DNA from: Candidatus Bathyarchaeia archaeon | GTDB lineage: Archaea > Thermoproteota > Bathyarchaeia > 40CM-2-53-6 | Length of the DNA: 61,493 nt | Assembly (NCBI GenBank): GCA_049517415.1 | Contig: JBEKSC010000017.1 | Location: 1-61,493, forward strand | Reading direction: 5' to 3' | Shown: positions 1-9,581 of the stretch, piece after piece | Layout: every line of letters begins with the position of its first letter | Numbering within the stretch: the stretch's first letter is position 1 | Translations under genes and position numbers: made by a program | Notes under the pieces: model-generated | Database searches by the model: none | Seen by the model: only the letters and a program-made list of their open reading frames with translations | What the model was told of the DNA's origin: nothing

Positions 1-773
1 GTAATCGAAACGGGTACCTCGCAGTAAATGTCATCAACCATCCTGGTGAAAAGTTGATGTGGTCTCATGGCAATCTCCACGAAAATATCCTCGCCTAAGT
101 TCTTTTGCGCTAATCTGAATTGCATACCTTCTTCAACTCCCGGAGGAATTGTGCACGAAAAGGTGTCAACCTTTACTGTGACTCCTGTGCCCTTGCAATG
201 TTTGCATGGAGGCTTCAGGTTGGTCCCATGACAAAATCGGCAAATACTTCTCCGGGTTGCAAGGATGGTCTTTTTTGTTCCCGTTGCAACTTCTCTTAGT
301 GAGACTTCTAAAGTAAACTTGAGGTTTCCATTCGGTCCTTCTTCTACTGTGAGGATCCTTTTACCGTCACGGAGGTCCAGAACTGGGTCTTCGCGGAATA
401 GTTCTTCGCGAAATGGCTCTTCGAGAACTGGTTCTTCGCGGAATAGTTCTTCGCGGAATGGTTCTTCGAGAACTGGTTCTTCGCGGAATTGTTCTTCGCG
501 AAAAGGTGCTTGACGTTTTGGGATGGAAACAGAAAAGTTCTGTTCCGATGCTTCTTCCTGGGTCACGTACTCTCGGTTCTGGAGAGCGGCACATGCTTCC
601 GCATAGGCCCGTGATATTTCCTTGAACTTTTCCTGCGCTGCAGGATTCTTATTTCTGTCGGGGTGGTAACGGAGGGCAAGGCGCCTGTAGACTGCTTTCA
701 CTTCTTCTTTTGTGGCGTCTTCCGGAACTCCCAAGATCTCATAATATTCTCTCTTGGTTCCGGTCCCCGTCAC
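1..773 (-). CDS. dnaJ: DnaJ-family co-chaperone, runs off the window start; atypical linker and a single Zn site
   Basis: Not in the ORF track. Manual translation from GTG 773: [42 protein letters not shown] (J domain with HPD), then [39 protein letters not shown]. Start overlaps the upstream stop (GTGA). Confidence 0.9.
   Translation of the reverse strand, partial: MTGTGTKREYYEILGVPEDATKEEVKAVYRRLALRYHPDRNKNPAAQEKFKEISRAYAEACAALQNREYVTQEEASEQNFSVSIPKRQAPFREEQFREEPVLEEPFREELFREEPVLEEPFREELFREDPVLDLRDGKRILTVEEGPNGNLKFTLEVSLREVATGTKKTILATRRSICRFCHGTNLKPPCKHCKGTGVTVKVDTFSCTIPPGVEEGMQFRLAQKNLGEDIFVEIAMRPHQLFTRMVDDIYCEVPVSI
379..504 (-). repeat. Coding tandem repeat, 45-nt period made of 15-nt subunits, about 3 copies
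   Basis: agaactgg recurs at 379, 424 and 469; encodes ([15 protein letters not shown])n inside dnaJ. Confidence 0.92.
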
Positions 774-964
774 GCTTTCCACGTGCCGTTCCTTTTATCG
801 TGAGTTATCAGTAGTCCATAGGGCACTATTCGTATGTAGATTTGCTCGCTGAAGTTAAGAGGAAACTCAGCGTCTTCGAGTAGAATCTTCGGGATGGTCA
901 GTCGAACAACTTTTCCCGTCTTGGTTTTCGACTTACTCACTCTGATCGGTGCCACATGGGCCAT
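770..964 (-). CDS. Small AbrB/SpoVT-like DNA-binding protein (64 aa)
   Basis: [31 protein letters not shown]...[12 protein letters not shown] fits the swapped-hairpin pattern; ATG 964 lies just after the upstream stop; coupled to dnaJ. Confidence 0.6.
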   Translation of the reverse strand: MAHVAPIRVSKSKTKTGKVVRLTIPKILLEDAEFPLNFSEQIYIRIVPYGLLITHDKRNGTWKA

Positions 965-980
965 AATAAATTCCTTCGTC

Positions 981-2633
981 TTATGGAGGTAGGCTCGGGA
1001 CGTCGGAACGCCTCTCGGGTACACGCCGCACTTCTCTGCCTCTCGGGAAGCCTATGAAAGCGATGAGGCTTACTACGGCAATTATGACGACAACTACCAA
1101 CACAATTGGCCATATTTGTCCAACGCCTGCCCGTACCAGAAAAGTCAGCACAAGCGTCTTTTGTGCTGTAACTCCAGTATTGCTCACTACGTCTACCTGG
1201 TAAGTACCCGGCTGAATATTAGGGCCTGCAACGATCGTTAGAAGTACGGTGATAGGTATCGTTTGTTGTATTACCAGATTTTGAGGGCTGAATGTCGCTG
1301 AGAAGCCGGTTGGGAGATTCAAAGAAGTTAGGTTAATGTCTGATCTAAAACCGTTTTCTGGTGTGATAGTCAAAGTTACTGTAACTGATTGACCGGAGCC
1401 TGTGAAACTCAAGAGCGTCTGGTCGGCCGTTAAGGAGTAGTCTCCTGTAGGTAGTAGTGTGAGTACCACGGTGGCCGTATTAGTTATCCCAGCAGCCGTA
1501 GCGTAGATCGTCAAAGTTGTTGTGACCGGAAACGTTGAGGGTGGGGCCTGAATTCCCAAGTTTGTGGTTAGTGGTTGGAGGCCGTTGGGTGTGAGTGGGT
1601 TCGTCTGAAATGTCGCAATTATGCCAGCGGGCAGGCCTTGAACTGACAGTACGATGGGGTCCGTGAGGCCTGACGTAATCGGCGTAACGACTATTCCCAA
1701 TGGTTGAGAGGGACCGCCCACTAGGACATCCATTACCGTAGGGCTAGCCTGAATATTGAAGGCAGGTGGGATGATTATCGTTAGTGTTGCTGCCTTGCTT
1801 ACGAAGTAAGTCTGGTATGAGGAATAGTCGCTAAGTAGAGCGTTCTCCATCAAGGCGTTAATTCCAATGGCGAAAATGTAGGTTCCACCAGTTTGAAGGA
1901 AGGACGGAGTCATCAGAAGGCTCAACGTTACGATCTCCGTTTGACCAGCCACGATGTTGACACTGGTTGGCGTGAAAGTGAGGAGCAGGCCGTTCGGTAT
2001 GTCATAGCCTTGCAAGGTGGCTGCGAGTAATGTTTGTCCAGTCTCCGTAGTAGCGCCAGAACGAAAACTCAGCTGCAGTGTAGCAGTTTGCGATTGCGTT
2101 ACGCTTGCCGTGGTTTGAATAATATTCGGCGTCAGGTCGAGAGCAACGTCGCTTAATTGAACGACATCTTGGCTGCCATAGAAGATGTCTACTGACAGTG
2201 GCGCACTATGGGTAATTCCGTTCGCCGTCGCACTGACAGCGAAATTGGTCGTTCCAATCGTCTCTGATGTGAGCGTAACGTATTGGTAGCTTATTGTTAA
2301 TGTGAGCACTGTGTACACAACCGCGTTGGGGGTTAATTGCAGCGTAGCGGGTTGAAATGTATTGTAATACTGGGACTGCATGTTTTGGGCGATGCCCGTA
2401 ACTGACATCGCAACTGAGCCAGAAAATCCATTGACTGATGTAACCTTTACAACGAACTGGGCTGTTCCACTTGTTCCAATCGAAACGTGCGATGGGTTGG
2501 CACTAACCTCAAAATCGCCTGTCTGGGCATGGACACGAGGCGCCGGGACTGAGCAAGCACTAACAACTATCACGAGTGACAGGAGTAGCAGGATGGTGAG
2601 GGTTCTCATCTTAGACATTTTGAGGCGCTCCAC
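981..2633 (-). CDS. Membrane-anchored surface protein with about 4 repeated beta-sandwich (Ig-like) domains
   Basis: N-terminal signal-like hydrophobic stretch; repeated DF-x-V/L-S/T-A ... GFSGSV/GFRSDI ... F-x-P modules; Thr/Ser/Val rich; C-terminal TM helix and basic tail. Confidence 0.8.
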   Translation of the reverse strand: MERLKMSKMRTLTILLLLSLVIVVSACSVPAPRVHAQTGDFEVSANPSHVSIGTSGTAQFVVKVTSVNGFSGSVAMSVTGIAQNMQSQYYNTFQPATLQLTPNAVVYTVLTLTISYQYVTLTSETIGTTNFAVSATANGITHSAPLSVDIFYGSQDVVQLSDVALDLTPNIIQTTASVTQSQTATLQLSFRSGATTETGQTLLAATLQGYDIPNGLLLTFTPTSVNIVAGQTEIVTLSLLMTPSFLQTGGTYIFAIGINALMENALLSDYSSYQTYFVSKAATLTIIIPPAFNIQASPTVMDVLVGGPSQPLGIVVTPITSGLTDPIVLSVQGLPAGIIATFQTNPLTPNGLQPLTTNLGIQAPPSTFPVTTTLTIYATAAGITNTATVVLTLLPTGDYSLTADQTLLSFTGSGQSVTVTLTITPENGFRSDINLTSLNLPTGFSATFSPQNLVIQQTIPITVLLTIVAGPNIQPGTYQVDVVSNTGVTAQKTLVLTFLVRAGVGQIWPIVLVVVVIIAVVSLIAFIGFPRGREVRRVPERRSDVPSLPP

Positions 2634-3246
2634 ATGCAGGGCAGTATGACGTGCCCGGCTTCAATTCGGTTCCGCAATCAAGACACCTTGTGACATTGCG
2701 CTTGGTCACTGCGGGAAGACGTCTGTGCTCTATAGGGGCAGGTTGCGGAGAATAAGTCTCAGTGGTAACGTACTCAGAATATCTTCTCACAGTGTTCCCT
2801 TGCCTCTGGAGATAGGCTAATCCAAGTAATCCGGTGCCGATTCCAAAGATCAGCAACCATGCTACCACTCCAGAAATAAGGAATAAAGAGTCTAAGGCGG
2901 ATACATCGTAAGCGGTGTACACACCTAAAATCGTACCGACTGCTGCCCAACCGACTAAGACTGCGGAAATCAACTTGCCTGTTCTTATGGCCCATTTCGC
3001 ACCGCTGACCATTCCGATGGCGACAAGGAAGACAATACTCCCCAGAGCAAGTAGAGCTATTCCTTGCGCGATAAGCAACGTTTGAACGTCGTAGAAGGTT
3101 TCATAGAACCCTTCATTCACGGTCAAAATGCCTAGCATAATCCCAGACAGGCCGGCGATCCAATATAGTGCACAGAGGACTCGCATTCCGAGGGGCATGA
3201 AAATTTCTATTACAGCGTCTCGTTTGGCCGGGGCACGTCTACTCAA
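2611..3246 (-). CDS. 4-TM membrane protein with C-terminal zinc ribbon
   Basis: Four hydrophobic segments; CLDCG...CPACG at the C-terminus. Confidence 0.8.
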   Translation of the reverse strand: MSRRAPAKRDAVIEIFMPLGMRVLCALYWIAGLSGIMLGILTVNEGFYETFYDVQTLLIAQGIALLALGSIVFLVAIGMVSGAKWAIRTGKLISAVLVGWAAVGTILGVYTAYDVSALDSLFLISGVVAWLLIFGIGTGLLGLAYLQRQGNTVRRYSEYVTTETYSPQPAPIEHRRLPAVTKRNVTRCLDCGTELKPGTSYCPACGAPQNV

Positions 3247-3317
3247 TCAAACCACCCACTTGGCAATCATTGGCACTGGCTTCCAATTAATTTAAGCTCG
3301 TGCCTATTAAACGCGGC

Positions 3318-4343
3318 TCAATTCTTAGCTGCATCAGAACCTACCAGGTTCTCAAGCGCTTTCAAATCTTCGGTCATTGCTCTAATCCTAAAGTCATCTT
3401 CAGCTATTCTCTGGCTGATCTCGGCCCTTTGTTTGCTTAGGCTTCGGTTTTCTTTGTACCACGGAACGCGGCTAAGTTCGTCAAGTTGTTGTTTATGAAT
3501 ATCTCTTACTCTTATGTTCTCGCGCAAACTATTCTTGGTTGCAGCGAGTTTCGAACGCAAATTGGTGAACCCTTCCATGCGGTTCAGGGCTTCAGCTAGT
3601 TTCTCGATATTCTCCCTAGATCCTGTCACGCTAAGGACGATTTTCTCGGGGGAATAAGAATACTTGGCCTGGTCCAGTGAAAGTTTGAATTGCGCAATGA
3701 GTTTGGAAAGTTCAGTATTCCAGTCTGCGTTTCCATCGTATCTGCATACGAAGGTGTGGGTTGTTTGCTTAGCCGTGTAAATTTCTTTTGGCTTGGTCGG
3801 AACCTGCTGTCGACGGGCACTTTTGACGGGACCGTGTTTAACTTTGCGTTGCATCTCAACCCTCTCTCTGTGCAAGGAGTCAATGGTTGCCGCCTCAGAT
3901 TTTGTCTCCTTCTCTAACTTCTCCTTCTCACCTAGGAGGGTTTGGACTTCGGTAGCGAGTGCTTCCTTCCTTGTCTTCAGTGATTCAACTTCAATCGTGA
4001 GTGGTTGTAAGGCCGAAGTTAGTGTTTTTATCTTATCATCAAGCGACTCGAGTTCTATTTTTTGAGTTAACTTGGCCTTCTCCGAGGCGTTCTCTAACTC
4101 CTTAATCTCATCTGCCAGGGCGTTTCTCTTAGTCTCCAATGACTGCAGTGTGGCGGTGAGCATGTCAATATTTCTCTGCATTTCAGACCTAACCCGGTAA
4201 ACTTGGCTCACATCCTGGGGAGTACCGCACACATCGCAGAAAAGTGAGTTATTTCCAATCAGATTGTGACAGAAGGAACAGACCTTGCCCCGTGTCTGCG
4301 GTTGAGGACTAAAGCTCGCCATTCGTATAGCCTCCATAACCAT
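3318..4343 (-). CDS. Zinc-ribbon and coiled-coil protein
   Basis: CSFC...CDVCG at the N-terminus, long heptad region, small alpha/beta segment, second coiled coil. Confidence 0.75.
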   Translation of the reverse strand: MVMEAIRMASFSPQPQTRGKVCSFCHNLIGNNSLFCDVCGTPQDVSQVYRVRSEMQRNIDMLTATLQSLETKRNALADEIKELENASEKAKLTQKIELESLDDKIKTLTSALQPLTIEVESLKTRKEALATEVQTLLGEKEKLEKETKSEAATIDSLHRERVEMQRKVKHGPVKSARRQQVPTKPKEIYTAKQTTHTFVCRYDGNADWNTELSKLIAQFKLSLDQAKYSYSPEKIVLSVTGSRENIEKLAEALNRMEGFTNLRSKLAATKNSLRENIRVRDIHKQQLDELSRVPWYKENRSLSKQRAEISQRIAEDDFRIRAMTEDLKALENLVGSDAAKN

Positions 4344-4526
4344 TTGAAATCAAATGGAATCTTGTTGAAAACCGGAACTTAACCATTGCCCAGAACCCGC
4401 AAACCGCTGTAGCAAAGAATGCATTGATCGAACGAAAGTGTTGCTTTGGAAATGCGCAGTGATTTTGACTTCAGAACCAGCTTTGGCCGCACGGCAAGTG
4501 TCACGAGTGACTAACGAAAGACTGTT

Positions 4527-4718
4527 TTATGGTTTTTGCGATTTTTGTTTACGTTGAGTTGAATCAAGTGGATGAAATATCACGAACTTGTCTACGTCTT
4601 TATTTCCAGATCCGAGGCTCAGAACTAGGTCCGTCATGACAGTACAGAAAATTCCATCGGTCAAAGCCTCAAATCTACCTTTGCGGGGCCCTCCGACTGA
4701 AGATTCACTTTTACCCAA
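4527..4718 (-). pseudogene. N-terminal remnant of a TMEM175-family K+ channel
   Basis: GRFEALTDGIFCTVMTDLVLSL resembles the TMEM175 helix-1 motif RxxAFSDGVFAIxxTLLVL; similarity stops after about 35 aa. Confidence 0.6.
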
Positions 4719-4783
4719 GTCACGTCATTCATTGAGCTGGCCCCAGACCTGAATCCCTCAGCGTCTGAGAGTACTTTGCAGCG

Positions 4784-5431
4784 TCACTTCATGATTCGGA
4801 TGTTAAAGTTCCGGGTTTGATTGACCGCCAACAATCGTAGCCACAGCGCCAAGTACATCTCCGTGCCTCTTGCCGTGGTAATGTCGCCTAGGTCGATGAC
4901 GGATTTCCAGCCAAACCATTCGGTCATGATCTCGTGAACTTTCGCTTTTGCCTTTGCGTCATTTCCGCTCATGAAGATGTCATGGAGCCCCGGGACAATT
5001 TGGGGTGTCACCATTAGAGTGTGGCTTATGGTGTTGAGCGTTTTCACGACCTTTGCGTCAGGGAACGTCCGTTGTATTTGCTCGCCAATCGAATCGGTAT
5101 TGCACACGGTGAGGGTGGGCGGCATGCCCTTAGAGAAATCCAGTGGGTTGGATATATCTACTAGAATTTTATCTTTGAGGTTTCTCGCACCAGCCAACTT
5201 CAATGCCTCTAGCGATACTGCGCCGGCAGTGCAATTGAAGATAATTTCGCCGAATTCGGCGGCTTCAGCGAAAGTACCATTCGAAGCCTTTGCTCCATTG
5301 GCCTTGGCCCACTGTACCGCCTTCTCGTTCCCTGCCGTTCGGGAACCCATTTTTACTTCATGGCCCAACTGGACAAGCTTCGTAGCAATAGTATTCCCAA
5401 CCATTCCCGTCCCCAGGACGCCAAGCTTCAC
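4784..5431 (-). CDS. NADP oxidoreductase, F420-dependent family
   Basis: GVLGTGMVG Rossmann motif, ILVDISNPL, VVKTLNT, IDLGDI..AR. Confidence 0.9.
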   Translation of the reverse strand: MKLGVLGTGMVGNTIATKLVQLGHEVKMGSRTAGNEKAVQWAKANGAKASNGTFAEAAEFGEIIFNCTAGAVSLEALKLAGARNLKDKILVDISNPLDFSKGMPPTLTVCNTDSIGEQIQRTFPDAKVVKTLNTISHTLMVTPQIVPGLHDIFMSGNDAKAKAKVHEIMTEWFGWKSVIDLGDITTARGTEMYLALWLRLLAVNQTRNFNIRIMK

Positions 5432-5511
5432 AATAACGACTCCCTTATGCTCAGCTAGAAGGAAGGGAGTCTAGCTATTTATTGACTACCAACAGCACAT
5501 TGTCGGAGTTC

Positions 5512-6282
5512 TCAAAACGCTTTCAGAAAGAACCAGGCTGAGACAATCAAACCGATTGCGACAATAATGAAGTGCAGCGGGCGAGGGTTGACGTGCTTTG
5601 CAAGCCTTGCGCCTCCGTAGCCACCAATAATCGCGCCAGCCATCATGAGGAGAGCCAAGTACCAGGCGACCAACCCTTTGTATGCGAAGAAGACGAATGC
5701 AGTTAGGTTGATTATGGCGGCGAGGGGCGTCTTCATCGCGTTCATCTTGTGGATGTCACGGAGGCCCATAATGCTGAATGACCCTAACATTAGGATCCCT
5801 ATGCCGGCCCCAAAGTAACCGCCGTATGCCGCCACAAAAAACTGAAAGATGGTCCCCCAGATGCGTCCAGCAGTCGTTACATGCTCATCGCCTGAACTAC
5901 GTCGTAGTCTTCGGGAGATCACGTCCTGTGATGCAAGCATTAGCGTGGCAAAGAGCACTAAGAATGGGACTACTCGGTTGAATAATGCGGGCGTTGTAAA
6001 AACCAGAATTGCAGCCCCCATGAGTCCGCCGATAAAGCTAGGAACGGCGAGCATTAGTAGTAGGCTACGTTGGATCGCGGTATCTTTTCGGTATCCAACC
6101 GCGCCACTAACGGAACCAGGCCACAACGCGGCCGTGTTCGTAGCATTAGAGATGATTTCAGGTTCGCCGAAAGCTACGAGGGACGGAAATGAGATTAGCG
6201 TGCCGCCACCCGCCACAGAATTGATGCCACCAGCAAGCATGCCGGCAAAAAACAGGCCTATCAACCCAACTGAGTCAGCCAT
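5512..6282 (-). CDS. TauE/SafE (TSUP) family transporter
   Basis: AGGINSVAGGGTLISFP and YGGYFGAGIGIL motifs; about 8 TM helices. Confidence 0.92.
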   Translation of the reverse strand: MADSVGLIGLFFAGMLAGGINSVAGGGTLISFPSLVAFGEPEIISNATNTAALWPGSVSGAVGYRKDTAIQRSLLLMLAVPSFIGGLMGAAILVFTTPALFNRVVPFLVLFATLMLASQDVISRRLRRSSGDEHVTTAGRIWGTIFQFFVAAYGGYFGAGIGILMLGSFSIMGLRDIHKMNAMKTPLAAIINLTAFVFFAYKGLVAWYLALLMMAGAIIGGYGGARLAKHVNPRPLHFIIVAIGLIVSAWFFLKAF

Positions 6283-6316
6283 CGTCGCAATGCATCTCTA
6301 TCTTTCTTGAGCCTCG

Positions 6317-9067
6317 CTACGGTATCATCTCAAACCTTGCTGAGAAGAATCTTAGCTGCGGAGGCTCGTAAACCATCCTGAGACCACCTATATTCGCGCG
6401 ATGTTCGTACAGTTGTGAAACGGATTTCGCTACTACTTCCATATGGCTGTTTGTGTAGACACGCCTAGGAATTGTTAACCTGACTAATTCTAGTTCTGGG
6501 TGTTTGTTCCGCCCCGTTTCGTGGTCGCGGCCTGCGGAGACTATGCCTCTTTCCATTGAACGGACGCCTGAATCAACATAGAGTTGCGCGGCGAGTTCTT
6601 GCGCAGGATATTGTTCTTGGGGTATGTGGGGTAAAAAGCGTCTTGCGTCGAGACAGACTGCAAATCCGCCCACGGGCTCAACAATGGGTACCTTAGATTC
6701 GTTAAGAAGCTTTCCTAGGTATTGGACCTGTCTAACGCGGGAGCCAATGTAATCATCATCAACCATCTCGTAGATGCCCCTGGCCAGCGCTTCAATATCT
6801 CTCCCAGACATTCCCCCGTCAAACCGTGTCCCCTCGTAAATAGGAACCAGGCGACACAATCTGTCGTAGATCCTTTTGTCGTTAATTGCGATGAATCCGC
6901 CGATGTTGCCGAGGCAATCTTTCTTACCGCTCATAGTGCAGCCGTCGCTGTAACCCATCATTTCCTTCATAATCTCCTTCACAGGTTTATTTCCGTAGCC
7001 AGGTTCTCGATCTTTTATGAGCCAAGCGTTTTCGGCGCATCGAGTTGCGTCGTAGATTAGCAGTATGCCGTTTTCGTGGCATAACTTGCTAACCTGTTTG
7101 ATGTTGCTGATTGAGAAAGGTTGTCCGGCAGCCATGTTCACTTCAGGCGCTATGCTCACGTAAGCGATTTGATCCGCGCCCCGTTCTTCTATCACATGCC
7201 TCAATTTCTCAAGATCTACGTTTCCTTTGAAGGGGTGCGTGGACCGTGTGTCGTTCGCCTCATCAATTATTACGTCTACGTAGGTTCCGCCGGCCTTCTC
7301 AATGTGCTCTCTAGTCGTCGTAAAGTACATGTTCATCGGCACAAATTGCCCCTTTCTAATCATCGTCTGAGAGAAGATGTGCTCGGCGGCCCTTCCTTGG
7401 TGTGTCGGAAGGACGTAGCGGTAGCCCAGAACTTCGCGTACAGCGTTTTGGAGCGTGAGAAAGTTGGATGAGCCCACTCTTTCATCCCCCAGCATAATCC
7501 CCGCCCACTGGTAGTCACTCATAGCACTCGTGCCGCTGTCCGTGAGCAGGTCGATGTATACGTCCTCCGACCTTAGGAGGAAAGTGTTGTATCCAGCTTC
7601 TGCGATTGAGCGTTCGCGAAATTCGCGTGTCGTGTTAGCGATAGGCTCAACTGATTTGACCCTGTAGGGCTCAGGAACTACAGCTGTTCGAAAACGGGCC
7701 TTCGGCCAAGATTTCCTCACGGTCGAGAAACGTGCGTCTAGAAAATGTGTTCGACTCTGGCTAGTGATCTCTTTTAGGCCTGATATCGCTTTGGTGTTCT
7801 TCGCGGTGAACCTGAGGGCTTCCATAGCGTAGTCGATGTGAAGCGCCGTGTACGTCCGTTTTGGTATGAGAATTGAGAGAATTTCATGGCTAAATCCATT
7901 AAAGAGTGCGTCATGTACGCCAACTCTCACCCCGGTCCAGGCGTACAGGTGCGCTGCAAGAGCCCGTGCCGGGTGCTGATTCCATCTTACTCTACTTAGC
8001 AAATCCTTAGCATCTACGTAAACGCCGTTAGCTCCCAGAGGTTGCAGGACTGGTAGCCCAAACGATTCCAAACCATTTGTCAACCTGCGGATCAGGTTAA
8101 GATTCCATCTGATGTTGCCTTCGTCAGCCATCTCGTAAATGCCCGTAGCGATGGCTTCCATATCTCGTCCGTTCAACCCACCGTAAGTGAACAAGCCTTC
8201 GTAAACGACGACGAGTGCTCTCACTTGCTGGTAGAAAGAATCGTCGTTGCTTGCAATCAATCCGCCAACGTTTGCGTAGCATGCTTCCCTGCAATTTAAT
8301 ATGGCAATGTCAGCTAACCCGGAAATTTCTTTCAAAATCTCTCCGATGCTCTTGCCTGAGTAGCCGTCTTCCCTTTCCCTAACGAACCAAGCGTTCTCAG
8401 CGACATAAGATAGGTCGATGACTAACGGAATATGATGAATCTTGGTGAAATCTCGGAGTTCCCTAAGGTTGGCAATTGAGGTTGGGTGACCGCCCAGAGG
8501 CCCTGAGCAGAGCTTCACGTGAACAAATGAAATTCTGTCGGCACCCACCTCGCCTATGAAATTCTTAAGTTTCCCGACATCGACATTGCCTTTGAATTCG
8601 TAATTGTCATGCAAACCGTAGGTTCCCGAAACATCATATATCTGGGCGCCAGCGCGCCTGAAATGCTCAACCGCCGACGGTGACCCCCAATTCGTCGCAA
8701 CAAAAGTCCCTGGGCGAACTTTGATCTCAGCGACCAGATGCTCTGCTCCACGCCCGTTATGTGTTGGGACAACAAGCCTGAAGCCCAGAACTTCGTTAGT
8801 AGCTTTTTCCATTCTAAAGAAATTTCTACTCCCAGCGTAAGCTTCGTCCCCTATCATCAAGCCGGCCCATTGACGGTCACTCATGGCGCCCGTTCCAGTA
8901 TCTGACAGGAGGTCAATGTAGACTTGATTCGCAGGAAGGAGGTAGACGTTGTAAAACGCCTTCGCCAATGCCCGCCTCCTAGCAATCTCGCGGATGGGAG
9001 GCGTGGGCTGAATTATTTTTAGCTTGTAAGGTTCGGCTGAAGGTTCTTGGCTCACGGACGTAACCAT
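6317..9067 (-). CDS. tpl: Tandem-duplicated tyrosine phenol-lyase (beta-eliminating lyase), 916 aa
   Basis: Two ~455-aa homologous halves, each starting EPY(K/R)xK...YIDLLxD. The C-half has the TPL signatures YFTTTR, DATR, CTMSGKKD, SMERG, RLTIPRR and LRFF. Confidence 0.93.
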   Translation of the reverse strand: MVTSVSQEPSAEPYKLKIIQPTPPIREIARRRALAKAFYNVYLLPANQVYIDLLSDTGTGAMSDRQWAGLMIGDEAYAGSRNFFRMEKATNEVLGFRLVVPTHNGRGAEHLVAEIKVRPGTFVATNWGSPSAVEHFRRAGAQIYDVSGTYGLHDNYEFKGNVDVGKLKNFIGEVGADRISFVHVKLCSGPLGGHPTSIANLRELRDFTKIHHIPLVIDLSYVAENAWFVREREDGYSGKSIGEILKEISGLADIAILNCREACYANVGGLIASNDDSFYQQVRALVVVYEGLFTYGGLNGRDMEAIATGIYEMADEGNIRWNLNLIRRLTNGLESFGLPVLQPLGANGVYVDAKDLLSRVRWNQHPARALAAHLYAWTGVRVGVHDALFNGFSHEILSILIPKRTYTALHIDYAMEALRFTAKNTKAISGLKEITSQSRTHFLDARFSTVRKSWPKARFRTAVVPEPYRVKSVEPIANTTREFRERSIAEAGYNTFLLRSEDVYIDLLTDSGTSAMSDYQWAGIMLGDERVGSSNFLTLQNAVREVLGYRYVLPTHQGRAAEHIFSQTMIRKGQFVPMNMYFTTTREHIEKAGGTYVDVIIDEANDTRSTHPFKGNVDLEKLRHVIEERGADQIAYVSIAPEVNMAAGQPFSISNIKQVSKLCHENGILLIYDATRCAENAWLIKDREPGYGNKPVKEIMKEMMGYSDGCTMSGKKDCLGNIGGFIAINDKRIYDRLCRLVPIYEGTRFDGGMSGRDIEALARGIYEMVDDDYIGSRVRQVQYLGKLLNESKVPIVEPVGGFAVCLDARRFLPHIPQEQYPAQELAAQLYVDSGVRSMERGIVSAGRDHETGRNKHPELELVRLTIPRRVYTNSHMEVVAKSVSQLYEHRANIGGLRMVYEPPQLRFFSARFEMIP

Positions 9068-9215
9068 AATGCTCAGCGTCCGGAATCCTCCAACCCCGAG
9101 GGAGAATACTTACACATTTGGATAGAATATCTTAACAGAAGATTACTCGGAATCAGAAAGAAACGATTATGAGAACAAGATTAGACACTCTGTATTTGAA
9201 GATCTCACGTGAGTA

Positions 9216-9554
9216 TTGTTGCAAATACGATTTCTATACTCGGAAGCATGCCCGTCCCACAACGAGGCACTCAATTGTTTGCGGAAAGTACTCGATGAGG
9301 AAGGCGTGGGCGAGGAGATTGAAGTTACCGAGATTGAAACCTTTGAAGAAGCTATTCAACACCAATATCCTGGTTCACCAACGATTCTGATTAATGGCCA
9401 TGATATTGATCCAATTCGGAATCCCAAGTATGCTCCAACTTGCCGCGCCTACCATCTTGAAGATGGGCGTATCTCTCCCCTGCCATCTGTGTCAATGATT
9501 CGCAGGGCCGTCCGCGTTGCAAAGGAGAATCTTAAGAGCGAAACTCAACCTTAG
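9216..9554 (+). CDS. Small thioredoxin-fold protein
   Basis: LYSEACPSH, GSPTILINGHD, CRAY. Confidence 0.8.
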   Translation: MLQIRFLYSEACPSHNEALNCLRKVLDEEGVGEEIEVTEIETFEEAIQHQYPGSPTILINGHDIDPIRNPKYAPTCRAYHLEDGRISPLPSVSMIRRAVRVAKENLKSETQP

Positions 9555-9581
9555 GGTAGGCGTATTCGCAGGGATAAAATC

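Noticed and set aside
265..625. Track ORFs with SSRNG/RRTI/VLRG repeats, or a possible CRISPR array
   Set aside because: They are alternative frames of the dnaJ coding repeat; there are no unique spacers
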